Positions 27,716-37,572 of a stretch of 62,470 nucleotides of DNA are shown here, piece after piece. Location: the NCBI GenBank assembly GCA_964455935.1, contig CAYVZU010000009.1, forward strand, positions 1-62,470. Reading direction: 5' to 3'. Position numbers and translations under genes: made by a program. The notes under the pieces were generated by a model. It did not search any database and was not told where the DNA came from. It saw nothing but the letters and a program-made list of their open reading frames with translations. Each line of letters opens with the position of its first letter. Position 1 is the stretch's first letter. Origin of the DNA: an uncultured Fibrobacterota bacterium (GTDB lineage: Bacteria > Fibrobacterota > CAYVZU01).

Positions 27716-29905
27716 ATGGGAACCCTCTCGCGCGCGCAGGGCATTGGAGGCCGCGAGGTGCGGCTGCAGGACTACCTGGGTATCCTGCAGCGCCGGTATC
27801 TTAGTATCGTCGTCACCTTTCTGGCCGTGGCGGGCTCGACCGGTTTTTTTATCTGGCAGAAACCCGATCTGTATCGGGCCTTTTCAACACTCGTCATTGA
27901 GGAAGAACAGTCGGCCTTTGCGTTGGCGGGACTGGCCGAGGCCGGCCGTCCCCTGGGATTCTACCAAGGGCTCCTCAGCAGCCGGTCGTATCTCGAAGAG
28001 ACGCTTGATTCCATCGGCATCTGGACCTTCCGCGACGTTCTGCCGGATCCCCTCAGAAACGATACATTGGCCATGTTGGCCTATATTCGCGACCACATCT
28101 CTCTAGGGCCAACCAATTTTCAGTCGCTCCAGCAATTCACGGCTACGGCGGCCACCAGCGAACTGGCATACCGCATGGCCCTCTATGGCACGCTGGTATT
28201 TCGAAAGCGATGCGGCGAGGTGGAGGCCGAACAGTCTCGCGAGACGGTGATCCAACTCGAGAAGCAGATCACGATCATCCGCAAGAAACTGGAAGAGGCC
28301 GAGAAGGATTTTCAGGCCTATCGCGACCGCAGCGGATTGAGCAACGAAGGCATGGACGCGGAACTCGCGCACCTGCAGGAGGTTTATTTTAAAGAACGCA
28401 CCGAACGAACGCTGCGGGAAGCCGAATACGAGGCCACCAAGGGCCAGCTCGAAATTCTCGAACGCAAAATTACTCCCCCCTCGGAAAGCGAGACCGAAGA
28501 GGTCCGCAAGCTGCGCAACACGTTGCGCGAATTGGAACGCGAGAAACTTCGCCTGTTGTCGCTCAACATCACCATTTCGCCCAGTTCCCCCCTGCAGAGC
28601 GAGATCAACACCATCGAACAGCAGATCCTGCAAGCCAAGGGAAAAAGCAACAGCGCGCGCGAGATGACCAATCCGGGTCTCGTCAACCAGTGGCAGGCGC
28701 TGCGAAGCAAGGTGGCCAGCCAGGAACTGGAAATCGAATTCTCGAAAAAGCGGCTTGCCTCGTACCGGTCCTCGATCGAAGAATACCGGGCCCAACACCC
28801 CGAAATCGTGGACCAGATCTATGAGCTGTCCCGGCTGGACCGTGCTCGAAAAATCTATGAGGAAACCTACAACCTTTTGCTGGGCAAGGTGGAGGAAGCC
28901 AAGATCCGGGGAATTTCCGAGTCCGGCCGCATCAAGATCATCGATCCCGCTTACCGCCCCGGCAGTCCGATCCCAAAAAATTCCGGACGGTTCTATGCCG
29001 CCGGGATTGTCATCGGAATTCTGTTGGGTTTCGGGCTGGCCTTTTTTGTCGAGTTCAACGATACCACGGTCAAGACCAGTGAAGACATCGAACGTTTTCT
29101 TAATCTGCCGGTGATCGGCACAATCCCCCATATTGTGGTGCCCAAGACAGAGGCCCTGGAGCTCCGGCGCTCAGCCAGCAAATCCCGAAAGAAGGAAGAA
29201 CAAACCCGGTATCCCAAGAACCTGCTTAATTTTTCGAACGATGAATCCATCGCGTCGGAGGCCTACCGCAGTCTCCGCACCAACCTGCTGTATTCCAGTC
29301 CCGACAAGCCGATTCGGTCACTGGTGATGACCAGTTCGGGGCCGGGCGAAGGAAAATCGCTCACCGTGACCAATGTCGCCCTAGCCTACGCCCAGATGGG
29401 TTCGAAGGTCCTTCTGGTGGACACGGACCTGCGCCGGCCGGTGGTGCATCACCTGTTCCAGATCCGTCGCGAGCCGGGGTTTTGCGAGCTCTTCCTTCCC
29501 AATCCCGACTGGAGCCAGATTGTGCGGCCGTCTCCAGTCTCCAACCTCAGCATCATCCCGGCCGGTCGGTTTACGCCCAGCCCAGCCGAGCTGATCGGCG
29601 CCCACAAAATGGATAACGTGCTCGAGCAGATGAAAGAACGGTTTGATATCATCTTTTTCGACACGCCGCCTCTGGTCGCGGTCACCGATGCCACGCTGTT
29701 AAGCAAGAAAGTGGACGGCGTGGTCCTTGTCGTCAAGTCGCGGAGAGCGGAACGTGAACTCACCAAAAGAGCCGTTGGCATTCTATCAAGCGTGGGCGTG
29801 AAGGTGATCGGCGCGGTGCTTAATGACATCGATTTATCGCACCGCTATTCGGGCTACGGTTACTACAAATACTACTATCATTACTACCGTTCGAAGAAGG
29901 ATTAG
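27716..29905 (+). CDS. wzc: Wzc polysaccharide co-polymerase / BY-kinase
   Basis: Two TMs flanking a coiled coil, EAYRSLRTNL, Walker A GPGEGKS, VDTDLRRP, DTPP, C-terminal Tyr cluster YSGYGYYKYYYHYY. Confidence 0.95.
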   Translation: MGTLSRAQGIGGREVRLQDYLGILQRRYLSIVVTFLAVAGSTGFFIWQKPDLYRAFSTLVIEEEQSAFALAGLAEAGRPLGFYQGLLSSRSYLEETLDSIGIWTFRDVLPDPLRNDTLAMLAYIRDHISLGPTNFQSLQQFTATAATSELAYRMALYGTLVFRKRCGEVEAEQSRETVIQLEKQITIIRKKLEEAEKDFQAYRDRSGLSNEGMDAELAHLQEVYFKERTERTLREAEYEATKGQLEILERKITPPSESETEEVRKLRNTLRELEREKLRLLSLNITISPSSPLQSEINTIEQQILQAKGKSNSAREMTNPGLVNQWQALRSKVASQELEIEFSKKRLASYRSSIEEYRAQHPEIVDQIYELSRLDRARKIYEETYNLLLGKVEEAKIRGISESGRIKIIDPAYRPGSPIPKNSGRFYAAGIVIGILLGFGLAFFVEFNDTTVKTSEDIERFLNLPVIGTIPHIVVPKTEALELRRSASKSRKKEEQTRYPKNLLNFSNDESIASEAYRSLRTNLLYSSPDKPIRSLVMTSSGPGEGKSLTVTNVALAYAQMGSKVLLVDTDLRRPVVHHLFQIRREPGFCELFLPNPDWSQIVRPSPVSNLSIIPAGRFTPSPAELIGAHKMDNVLEQMKERFDIIFFDTPPLVAVTDATLLSKKVDGVVLVVKSRRAERELTKRAVGILSSVGVKVIGAVLNDIDLSHRYSGYGYYKYYYHYYRSKKD

Positions 29906-30025
29906 GGAATCGAGCGAGTTGTGCGTCATGAGTCGCGAGCGAAAACAATACCGGGATTAAATCAGGAAAACACCGGTCTTTGATCGGCTCCGGTTCTTCA
30001 CGCACGACTCGCGACTCACCACTCT

Positions 30026-31213
30026 ATGCGAATCGCATTGGTCAACAGCGAATATTGCGGGCCGGGGGGCATTGGAGCATACACCCGCAATCTGTCCAAG
30101 GCCCTGACCAAGCAGGGCCACAGCGTTTTTATCCTAAGCAAGCTCGACGAAGACCAGCGCAACCCGGCATCCCCGGTAACGGTGTTGCCCGTTCGGCGAA
30201 GGCCCGCGAAGAACCGCGTTCTGCGCGGACTGGGCTACCGATTTTTCTGGGAAATTAATCTGCACCTGGAATATGCGGGCGGCGTCGCCGAAGCCCTGGA
30301 GGCTCTATTCCGGGCCAATCGGATTGACATTGCCGAAGTGCCTGACTTCTACGGCGAAGCCTGGGCCTTGGGAATAAAACATCCCTATGTATGCAGGCTG
30401 CACACGCCATGGACACTGGTGCGACAATGGAACTCCCATCCTGCTCGCCAGGCAGACCGCTGGATTGCCAGGATGGAAAAAAAAACCACGCGAAAGGCGG
30501 CCGGGGTCTCTTCGCCCAGCGCGGCGCTGCTGGGGCAAATCCCGCGCTCCTGGATGCCGCAAAATGCGCCGCATGCAGTCATTCCCTACCCCCTTGCGGA
30601 CCCAACGGCACGGACCGGCTCGGTAAAGACATTCCCGACCGAACTGCTCTTTTTGGGACGCCTCGAACGGCGAAAGGGCTTCGATTGGATCTGCCGTGTT
30701 CTGCCCGAAGTGCTGCGCGAATTCGCCGGCGCCGGCGCCGGTGCCGTTATTGCCGGCGCGGCGACCCAGGAGGCCCGGCCCTGGCTGGAACAGCTCGCGC
30801 AGGAACTCCGAAGCCGGGGATTGGAGGAACGCTGTCGTATTCTGGGCGCTGTCGACGAAGCCCGAGCCTCTGAACTCATGGCCCGCGCCGACATCGTTAT
30901 GGTCCCCTCGCGATTTGATAATTTTCCCAATGTGATTTTGGAAGCCATGGCCGCGGGTCGCTGCGTCGTGGCCTGCCGGGCGGGCGGAATCCCCGAAATG
31001 GTCGAAGACAATGTTTCTGCCCTGCTCTTTGCGCCCGAAGCTGGTCATGAGGGCCTGCGCCGGTGCCTCCGGCAAGCGCTCATGGGCGGTGAACTCCGCC
31101 AGCGATTGGGACGAGCCGGCCGCAAGGCTGCAACGCGGCGCTACTCTCCGGATGTTATTGCGCAGCAGACGGTTTCCTTTTACCAGGAGGTATTGTCGCG
31201 GTGGAACCCCTAA
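30026..31213 (+). CDS. Glycosyltransferase family 4
   Basis: GGIGAY, FLGRLERRKG, PSRFDNFPNVILEAMA, GGIPEMV. Confidence 0.92.
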   Translation: MRIALVNSEYCGPGGIGAYTRNLSKALTKQGHSVFILSKLDEDQRNPASPVTVLPVRRRPAKNRVLRGLGYRFFWEINLHLEYAGGVAEALEALFRANRIDIAEVPDFYGEAWALGIKHPYVCRLHTPWTLVRQWNSHPARQADRWIARMEKKTTRKAAGVSSPSAALLGQIPRSWMPQNAPHAVIPYPLADPTARTGSVKTFPTELLFLGRLERRKGFDWICRVLPEVLREFAGAGAGAVIAGAATQEARPWLEQLAQELRSRGLEERCRILGAVDEARASELMARADIVMVPSRFDNFPNVILEAMAAGRCVVACRAGGIPEMVEDNVSALLFAPEAGHEGLRRCLRQALMGGELRQRLGRAGRKAATRRYSPDVIAQQTVSFYQEVLSRWNP

Positions 31214-32460
31214 GAATCTGTTTCATCTCGCGCGAATATCCGCCTCTTTCCCATACGGGGGGAATCGGTACGTATGCCCATGTGGCGGCCGAAGGCCTCG
31301 CCCGGCGCGGTCATTGCGTACATGTCATCTGCGTGGGTCCCGGGGAATCGCACGAGGTCAGCCCTGCCGGCGCCTTTGTGCACCGGATTCAAATTCATCC
31401 GTTTCTGCTTCCTGCCGGTCGCCTCTGGTATTCACTCCGGGCCGTGGCTCGGCAACTGGCCTTCTCGTATCTCGACAATCAGGCCTGGAGCTATGGCGCA
31501 GCCGCTTTCCTGCGGCCCCTGGCCGCCCATGAAGATCTGCGCGTGATCGAATACGCCGAAACCAATGCCGAAGGATTTTACTCGATGCAAAGCAGCGCGC
31601 TGGCCCGGGTCTGCCGGCTCCACATCGGCGGCTGGAGCGAGTCGGCCAGCAACGTCCGCAAAGACCTACTGGCCGCCAGATTGACATACAGACTCGAGCG
31701 TCGTTCCATTCTATCGGCCCATCGCATCACCAGCCCCAGCCGTGCCCTGGCCGATCTTACGGCCAAAACGCTCGGGATCGATCACAACCAAATCCGGGTC
31801 TACCCCAATCCGCTGGATCTGGAGTTCACGGGCAATGCGGCGGCACCGCGAAAACAATTCGAGGGCCGCATTCTATTCGTGGGCCGTATCGAACGGCGCA
31901 AGGGCACCGACCTGCTGCTGGGCGCGTTCATTAACCTGCTGGCCCGGTTTCCGCAATCGCGTTTGCGCATTGTGGGCCAGGACTATGGGTATTACTTCGA
32001 TCAAAAAAAGGGCGTGGACCAGCTCAGGCAGCTGATCGAGGAATATGGAATCGCCGACAAGGTGGAGTTTCTGCCGCGCATGGACCGCCCGCGGCTGATT
32101 GAGCAGTACGCCTGGGCCGATGTAGTCGTGGTGCCTTCGATCAACGAGAACCTTCCCTATGTTGTGCTCGAGGCGCTGTCGCAGTTCCGGCCGGTGGTCG
32201 CCAGCGACTGCGGCGGAATCCCCGAAATTGTGCAGGACGGCACAACCGGCATTCTCTTCGCCACCGGAGATATTTCAGGGCTGACTTCGGCCCTGGTGCG
32301 GCTATGGGAAAATCCGGCCATGGCAACGGCCCTGGGTCAGGAAGCAGGCATTCAGATCCGCCGGCGGTATTCATTGGAAGGACTGCTGCCGAAAATGGAG
32401 CAGGCTTATTACGAAGCCATGGAAGAGAGTCGTGAGTCGCCGGTAATGAGTCGTAAGTAG
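31201..32460 (+). CDS. Glycosyltransferase family 4
   Basis: GTG start, EYPP...GGIGTY, FVGRIERRKG, PSINENLPYVVLEA, GGIPEIV. Confidence 0.92.
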   Translation: MEPLRICFISREYPPLSHTGGIGTYAHVAAEGLARRGHCVHVICVGPGESHEVSPAGAFVHRIQIHPFLLPAGRLWYSLRAVARQLAFSYLDNQAWSYGAAAFLRPLAAHEDLRVIEYAETNAEGFYSMQSSALARVCRLHIGGWSESASNVRKDLLAARLTYRLERRSILSAHRITSPSRALADLTAKTLGIDHNQIRVYPNPLDLEFTGNAAAPRKQFEGRILFVGRIERRKGTDLLLGAFINLLARFPQSRLRIVGQDYGYYFDQKKGVDQLRQLIEEYGIADKVEFLPRMDRPRLIEQYAWADVVVVPSINENLPYVVLEALSQFRPVVASDCGGIPEIVQDGTTGILFATGDISGLTSALVRLWENPAMATALGQEAGIQIRRRYSLEGLLPKMEQAYYEAMEESRESPVMSRK

Positions 32461-32474
32461 ACAAAGGCGGAGGG

Positions 32475-33164
32475 ATGAGCCAAAGCGAAGAGTCGGTCAA
32501 CGAAAAAACCCCGGGGGCCAAATCTCCTCTACCGCAACGCGCGACGCACCTTCGCCCCCGTTTGATTTATCGCGCAGCCAAACGGATCATCGATCTTTTG
32601 GGCGGATTGCTTGGGACGGTGGTAACCCTAATCTTGGCGGTCCCGATCTCGGTAGCCATCAAATTCGATTCGCCGGGTCCGGTTCTATTCCGCCAGACGC
32701 GGGTCACCCGCAACGGAATACGGTTCCGGTTCTACAAGTTTCGCACCATGGTGGTGGATGCGACCATGCGCCAAGCCCAGCTGGATCGGCTTAACGAAGC
32801 GACCGGACCCATTTTCAAGATCCGCGACGATCCGCGCGTAACCCGGGTGGGCCGCTTTCTCCGGCGCTACAGCCTCGATGAGCTGCCCCAGTTCCTCAAC
32901 GTGGTCAAGGGAGACATGAGCCTGGTTGGCCCGCGGCCGCCGCTGGACCATGAAGTGATTCAGTATTCGGACTTTCACCGAAAACGATTGCTGGTAAAGC
33001 AAGGAATGACCGGCTTATGGCAGATCAGCGGAAGAAGCAAACTGACATTTGAGAAGATGGTGGATTTGGATGTCTACTACGTCGAAAACCAGTCGCTGAA
33101 ACTAGATCTGCAAATCCTCGCGCAAACCCTTCCAATTGTTGTCAAGGGCATTGGATCGTATTGA
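32475..33164 (+). CDS. Priming phosphoglycosyl transferase (WcaJ/CpsE sugar-transferase family)
   Basis: KRIIDL, KFRTM, DPRVTRVGRFLRRYSLDELPQ, GDMSLVGPRP, GMTGLWQ. Confidence 0.95.
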   Translation: MSQSEESVNEKTPGAKSPLPQRATHLRPRLIYRAAKRIIDLLGGLLGTVVTLILAVPISVAIKFDSPGPVLFRQTRVTRNGIRFRFYKFRTMVVDATMRQAQLDRLNEATGPIFKIRDDPRVTRVGRFLRRYSLDELPQFLNVVKGDMSLVGPRPPLDHEVIQYSDFHRKRLLVKQGMTGLWQISGRSKLTFEKMVDLDVYYVENQSLKLDLQILAQTLPIVVKGIGSY

Positions 33165-33266
33165 CAGTTTCCCGTAGCTTGGATCTATTTCGAAAATATA
33201 TATTCTGAGTAGAAAGCAATGTACTCTCGCTTTTTAAACGGTTAGGGAGGCAGGAGGATAGCCCCA

Positions 33267-36200
33267 ATGAGAACGCGTATTTCGGCCTTAGGAATTTGTT
33301 TGTCGATTTTAGCAAGTCTTTCGATGGCGGCAATCGGTGATTCGATCTGCAGCATTCAATCCAAGCCGGGGACTTGTGTAGAGGCAAAAGACAAAGATAC
33401 GGTTTTTGTTCCCGCAGACATGATGTTGTTCGGAAAGGAAGTGTCGTTCTGCCCCGATACGGTTCCCGGAACGCGCGGAAAAGTGCAGATCATCATGGTG
33501 CTCGACAAATCCGGGAGTATGGACGGTACCGACCCCAATCGAAGACTCCCCACAAGAGCCGATAGCGTCGTCGAACAGGTCCGCAGAATGAGTCCCGACA
33601 GCAAAATCGGAATTATCCTGATGCCCGGAAGAGCGGGTGGCACAACACCACAGGGACTTCCTCCAGTCTCGCTCAATAACGCGGCCAATGTGGGCTTGCT
33701 TCATACCTGGATCAACTACGCCAGAACCCATGGCGGTTACACCCCATATGGCGCCAGTCTCGATACGGCCCTGACTTACTTTGGCCGGCTGCCGGCAACC
33801 GATACAAACCGTGTACTCATTTTTCTTTCGGATGGAGAACCGTGCTTAGGGGGGACTCCTTGTACCGATCCCAGGTATGACTTATTTGTGAGCGCCGGCC
33901 GACGGGCCCTGCTCCCGCCCACCTATACGATTTACTATTATGCCACCAGCCCAAGCGCGACCGCGGCAGGTGTTCTCCAAAGCCTGGCCGCCAATGCAGA
34001 CGCGGGCAGGGGCGCATACTACCCGGCCCCCAACGCGGATGCGCTCGATGCGGTGTTCGATGATATTCTTCGCACAATTCAACCGACCCGTACCGTCGAA
34101 AACTTCTTCATGCTCAACACAATGACCGGCCAAACCGTCATGGCCAATACGAGCGATACGGCCAAGAAGGTGATGGTGCCGTTCGAACAAATATATCTGC
34201 AGCCCGGCGCCAACACGGTTCAATTCTATTACAAAACCAAGGGCGACACTTCAGCGCCCACGGAAAACGACATCTTCAAAACGGTCACCCTTTTCCGCCG
34301 GCCAGGCAGCACAACATCGGGTCAGAACGCGGAGTTCGACAGTACATTCATGGATGTGTGCTTCGAAAAAAGTAGCATAACGTTCACCAATGCCAGCTAC
34401 GTTTCGATGCCCGCGGGTGCGGTTTATGACCCCAATTTCCTCAATGTTTATGTCGGCGGCCGCCGCGGGCCGGGGACAAGCACAACGGCGGCCGACACGG
34501 CCACTGTTGTCATCACATCACGAAGCGGCGACGCGGAACGAATCACAATCACCGAGACGGGGCTCAGCACGAATGCGTACCGCGGGCTTGTGCGGCTGAC
34601 CAACAGCAGTTCCCGCGTTCAGTACGACAACAATCTCCAGGTGTTGGCCATCGATACGCTGTACCTGCGGTACCTAAATCCCGAGTATTATTCCAACGGA
34701 CAGTACTACGATATGAGCTTGGACACGATTGTCGTTCGCTACATTGGAAAGGTCAAATCGATTGTGCTGTACGAGGAACCGGGTAATCCTGCCTCGCTCG
34801 TACCGCTGGCGAACCCAACTACTCCAATCGAGGTGGTGGTGACCGAGCCTCAGACCCTCTGGGCCAAGGGTTTTGACGGCAATGGCTACTGGCTGGGCAA
34901 TCCCACCACGGGTCTTGACACGATAAAGGTCCGCTGGACCACAACCGGGTTTAAAGGGACAATCCTGTTGATAGGCACGGCCGATTCCGCGTACAAGCTG
35001 TTTGCGCCGCAATTGGCTTATGATACGGGATATGTGATCGCCTCGAAGGACACCGGCGGCGGAGTAATCAGGGACTCTATTCGCGTCATCACCAGACCCG
35101 GTCCGCCTGTGCGGTTGAGCATCGAAGACCAGCCCAATGGGCTTTCGGTGGCTTCCATCGACACACTTGTGGTGCCTGCCGGAAAGCTCAGCGATACGGT
35201 TTACGCGGTCGGCAGGGACACATTCGATAACTTCACGGGGAATATCGCAAGCACCTGGTCGAAATCGCTTGCAAACACGATCTTCTCCGCCTCACCCGGG
35301 CCGGACACAAAAAGTACCGTTACGCGAACACCGGCAAATGCAACGGGAATAGGATTCCTGCGGGCACTGGCGGCTTCCTTACCGGCCGAGACAATCCAGG
35401 TGAAGCTGGTTGACTATTATTATACGGCCCTGCAAATCAATGAAGTCCCGGGCGGAAATATCACTGACAAGGCCATAAACACGGGCCAGAGCGTCTCCTT
35501 GGTGGCCTATGGTCTAAGGTCAACTGATGGCAATTGGGAACCGGTCAATGTCACCTGGAGCCTCACGAACCTGGTGGATCAAAATGGCGCGGCCCCAACA
35601 GGAACGCCTACGTATACATTCGAGCCGAAATCACCGGGAAGCGGACCGGGCAATACCGGAACGATCACCGCTACCTTGACGCAGTATGGCGCGGGGAGCA
35701 CGCTGACCGATGTCGTGAACATGACCGTCACGCCGCAGCCGCCCACTCGCTATACAACCGTCCTTAGCCCCACGCGGTTGGCTGCGGGCGGAACCATGAA
35801 CGTGGCGCTCACGGCCTGGAACGACGATGGCGTGTACCCGGTCAATCTGGACATGAGCATGTGCTGGTATTCGGACCAGGTGAAACTGCCGTCGAATACC
35901 ATTCCGCAAACCATCGCGGGCAACAACATGGGGAATGCCGCGGCCCCCGCATGTTTCCTTGTTCATTTCACCAATGGCGTATCCTCGCTCAACACCGTGT
36001 TGACGATCGTAACACCCGTGTATGGCAGCCGGCTGCACTTTTATGATACGCGCGGCATTACCACGGTTGACAGCACAGGCACCTTTATTGTGACGCCGGG
36101 GGCGCTTGCGGCCCTTCAAATCGTGAACAGCCAAGGCGCGGAAATGCTCGCACAAACCACAAACAATAAAAACGGCCGGATTGAATTGTATCTGCAAGGA

Positions 36201-37445
36201 TACGATGGTTACGGAAACCTGATTTCAAACACAATCGGTACCTGGTCCACAACGTCGCCGCTGACGGATAACCAGTTTGTCAGAACATTGCCGAATCCCG
36301 GACCCGAGGCGATATATACGCCCGTGGAAGACCCCGGCGATCATTGCGGCCTCATTCGAGTTGATAACGGGGCAATTTGGGATACAATCAGTGTCTGCGT
36401 TGTAGATTCACTCCTGGCCCGAATGGAACCTGTCATCACCCGCGATACGGATGGCGACGGCTACCTGGACCGGCTGGATGTACACCTGAATGAGCCTGTA
36501 AAAATCCTGTCCAGCGCCAATGTTGAGGCGGCTTTTGTAGTGTCCGGCCAGGTTGCGGGCAGGACGGTAACCTGGAGAGTAATTGGAATTACCGGCGTCA
36601 ACTCGACAACCGGCGATTACCAGTTGACACTCGAAGAACATGCCGATTCCCTTGAAACCGGCGCCACCCCAACCGTCACCTTCATTCCCTGGGCAGGCAT
36701 GGTGGGCATGCAGCCGGGTACGTATCAGTCCGTTGACGGGGCCGGGCCCGTGATCAAGACCGTTGTTCTTAACGACCAAGGCACCACCGAGCCGGCCGAT
36801 GATCAGATTACGGTCACGTGGAGCGAACCCCTTGGCGGGTGGAATTCGACCGCATTATCGGCCAATCAGGTTCTGACCGTCTGGAAACCGATTACAGATT
36901 CCCTGCCGGGTTTGCTGACCGGCTGCCCAATTTATCCGCCGTATGGAATACGCGCGATTGTCGATGTCCTAAACGGGGCCATGCTCGAGACCAACCACTG
37001 GTTCTCGATCGACTCCATTCAAGGCGGAGTCAAAGACATTTACAACAACTATTCGCTAAAGACGAACCGGAAGGTGCAGCTCCAGATTGTGGGCCCGGCG
37101 AAACCTCGCATAATAATCTATCCCAATCCGATCAACTACGAACGTCTGAAAAATCCTGGATCCGGCTACCAGCCCCACATCAGCCTGTTGATCTACGATA
37201 CCTCGGAGGTATCGATTATGATTTATGACCTTGCAGGCAATCTGGTCCGGAAGTTTGGTCCCATGACCCTGGCCAACAACATCGGCGTGACCGGGACACG
37301 GGCGCGTACACATGTTCTTGATTTCTGGGATGGGACCAACGGTCGCGGTCGCATTGTAAACCGCGGCGGTTATATTGCCAAGGCGCTCGTACGGCCTCTC
37401 GGCGGCAAGGCCCAGCCCCTTTTCTTCAAGCTCGCGGTCCAATAG
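33267..37445 (+). CDS. Large secreted VWA-domain adhesin with Ig-like repeats and T9SS/FlgD-type C-terminal domain
   Basis: 1392 aa. Signal peptide, MIDAS DKSGS...TPY...LSDGEP, Thr-rich beta-sandwich repeats, DTDGDGYLD Ca-binding loop, tail IYPNP...IYDLAGNLVR...WDGTNGRG. Confidence 0.85.
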   Translation: MRTRISALGICLSILASLSMAAIGDSICSIQSKPGTCVEAKDKDTVFVPADMMLFGKEVSFCPDTVPGTRGKVQIIMVLDKSGSMDGTDPNRRLPTRADSVVEQVRRMSPDSKIGIILMPGRAGGTTPQGLPPVSLNNAANVGLLHTWINYARTHGGYTPYGASLDTALTYFGRLPATDTNRVLIFLSDGEPCLGGTPCTDPRYDLFVSAGRRALLPPTYTIYYYATSPSATAAGVLQSLAANADAGRGAYYPAPNADALDAVFDDILRTIQPTRTVENFFMLNTMTGQTVMANTSDTAKKVMVPFEQIYLQPGANTVQFYYKTKGDTSAPTENDIFKTVTLFRRPGSTTSGQNAEFDSTFMDVCFEKSSITFTNASYVSMPAGAVYDPNFLNVYVGGRRGPGTSTTAADTATVVITSRSGDAERITITETGLSTNAYRGLVRLTNSSSRVQYDNNLQVLAIDTLYLRYLNPEYYSNGQYYDMSLDTIVVRYIGKVKSIVLYEEPGNPASLVPLANPTTPIEVVVTEPQTLWAKGFDGNGYWLGNPTTGLDTIKVRWTTTGFKGTILLIGTADSAYKLFAPQLAYDTGYVIASKDTGGGVIRDSIRVITRPGPPVRLSIEDQPNGLSVASIDTLVVPAGKLSDTVYAVGRDTFDNFTGNIASTWSKSLANTIFSASPGPDTKSTVTRTPANATGIGFLRALAASLPAETIQVKLVDYYYTALQINEVPGGNITDKAINTGQSVSLVAYGLRSTDGNWEPVNVTWSLTNLVDQNGAAPTGTPTYTFEPKSPGSGPGNTGTITATLTQYGAGSTLTDVVNMTVTPQPPTRYTTVLSPTRLAAGGTMNVALTAWNDDGVYPVNLDMSMCWYSDQVKLPSNTIPQTIAGNNMGNAAAPACFLVHFTNGVSSLNTVLTIVTPVYGSRLHFYDTRGITTVDSTGTFIVTPGALAALQIVNSQGAEMLAQTTNNKNGRIELYLQGYDGYGNLISNTIGTWSTTSPLTDNQFVRTLPNPGPEAIYTPVEDPGDHCGLIRVDNGAIWDTISVCVVDSLLARMEPVITRDTDGDGYLDRLDVHLNEPVKILSSANVEAAFVVSGQVAGRTVTWRVIGITGVNSTTGDYQLTLEEHADSLETGATPTVTFIPWAGMVGMQPGTYQSVDGAGPVIKTVVLNDQGTTEPADDQITVTWSEPLGGWNSTALSANQVLTVWKPITDSLPGLLTGCPIYPPYGIRAIVDVLNGAMLETNHWFSIDSIQGGVKDIYNNYSLKTNRKVQLQIVGPAKPRIIIYPNPINYERLKNPGSGYQPHISLLIYDTSEVSIMIYDLAGNLVRKFGPMTLANNIGVTGTRARTHVLDFWDGTNGRGRIVNRGGYIAKALVRPLGGKAQPLFFKLAVQ

Positions 37446-37470
37446 CAGCAAAACGGTCAGGTTCAAATGA

Positions 37471-37503
37471 AAACGGCCCGGGAAACCGGGCCGTTTGCTT
37501 TTT
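37471..37503 (+). terminator. Rho-independent terminator
   Basis: AAACGGCCCGG-GAAA-CCGGGCCGTTT hairpin followed by GCTTTTT. Confidence 0.85.
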
Positions 37504-37572
37504 GGACGAATGCTTTTTCTCTGCGTAGATAACTTGTGGAAGGGCTTCATCTTCCAGTTTACGTTTTTAACT

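Noticed and set aside
11644-29131. Other long antisense ORFs (11644-12603, 18848-19876, 19881-20831, 21735-22901, 28103-29131)
   Set aside because: All overlap conserved genes on the opposite strand and lack domain signatures.
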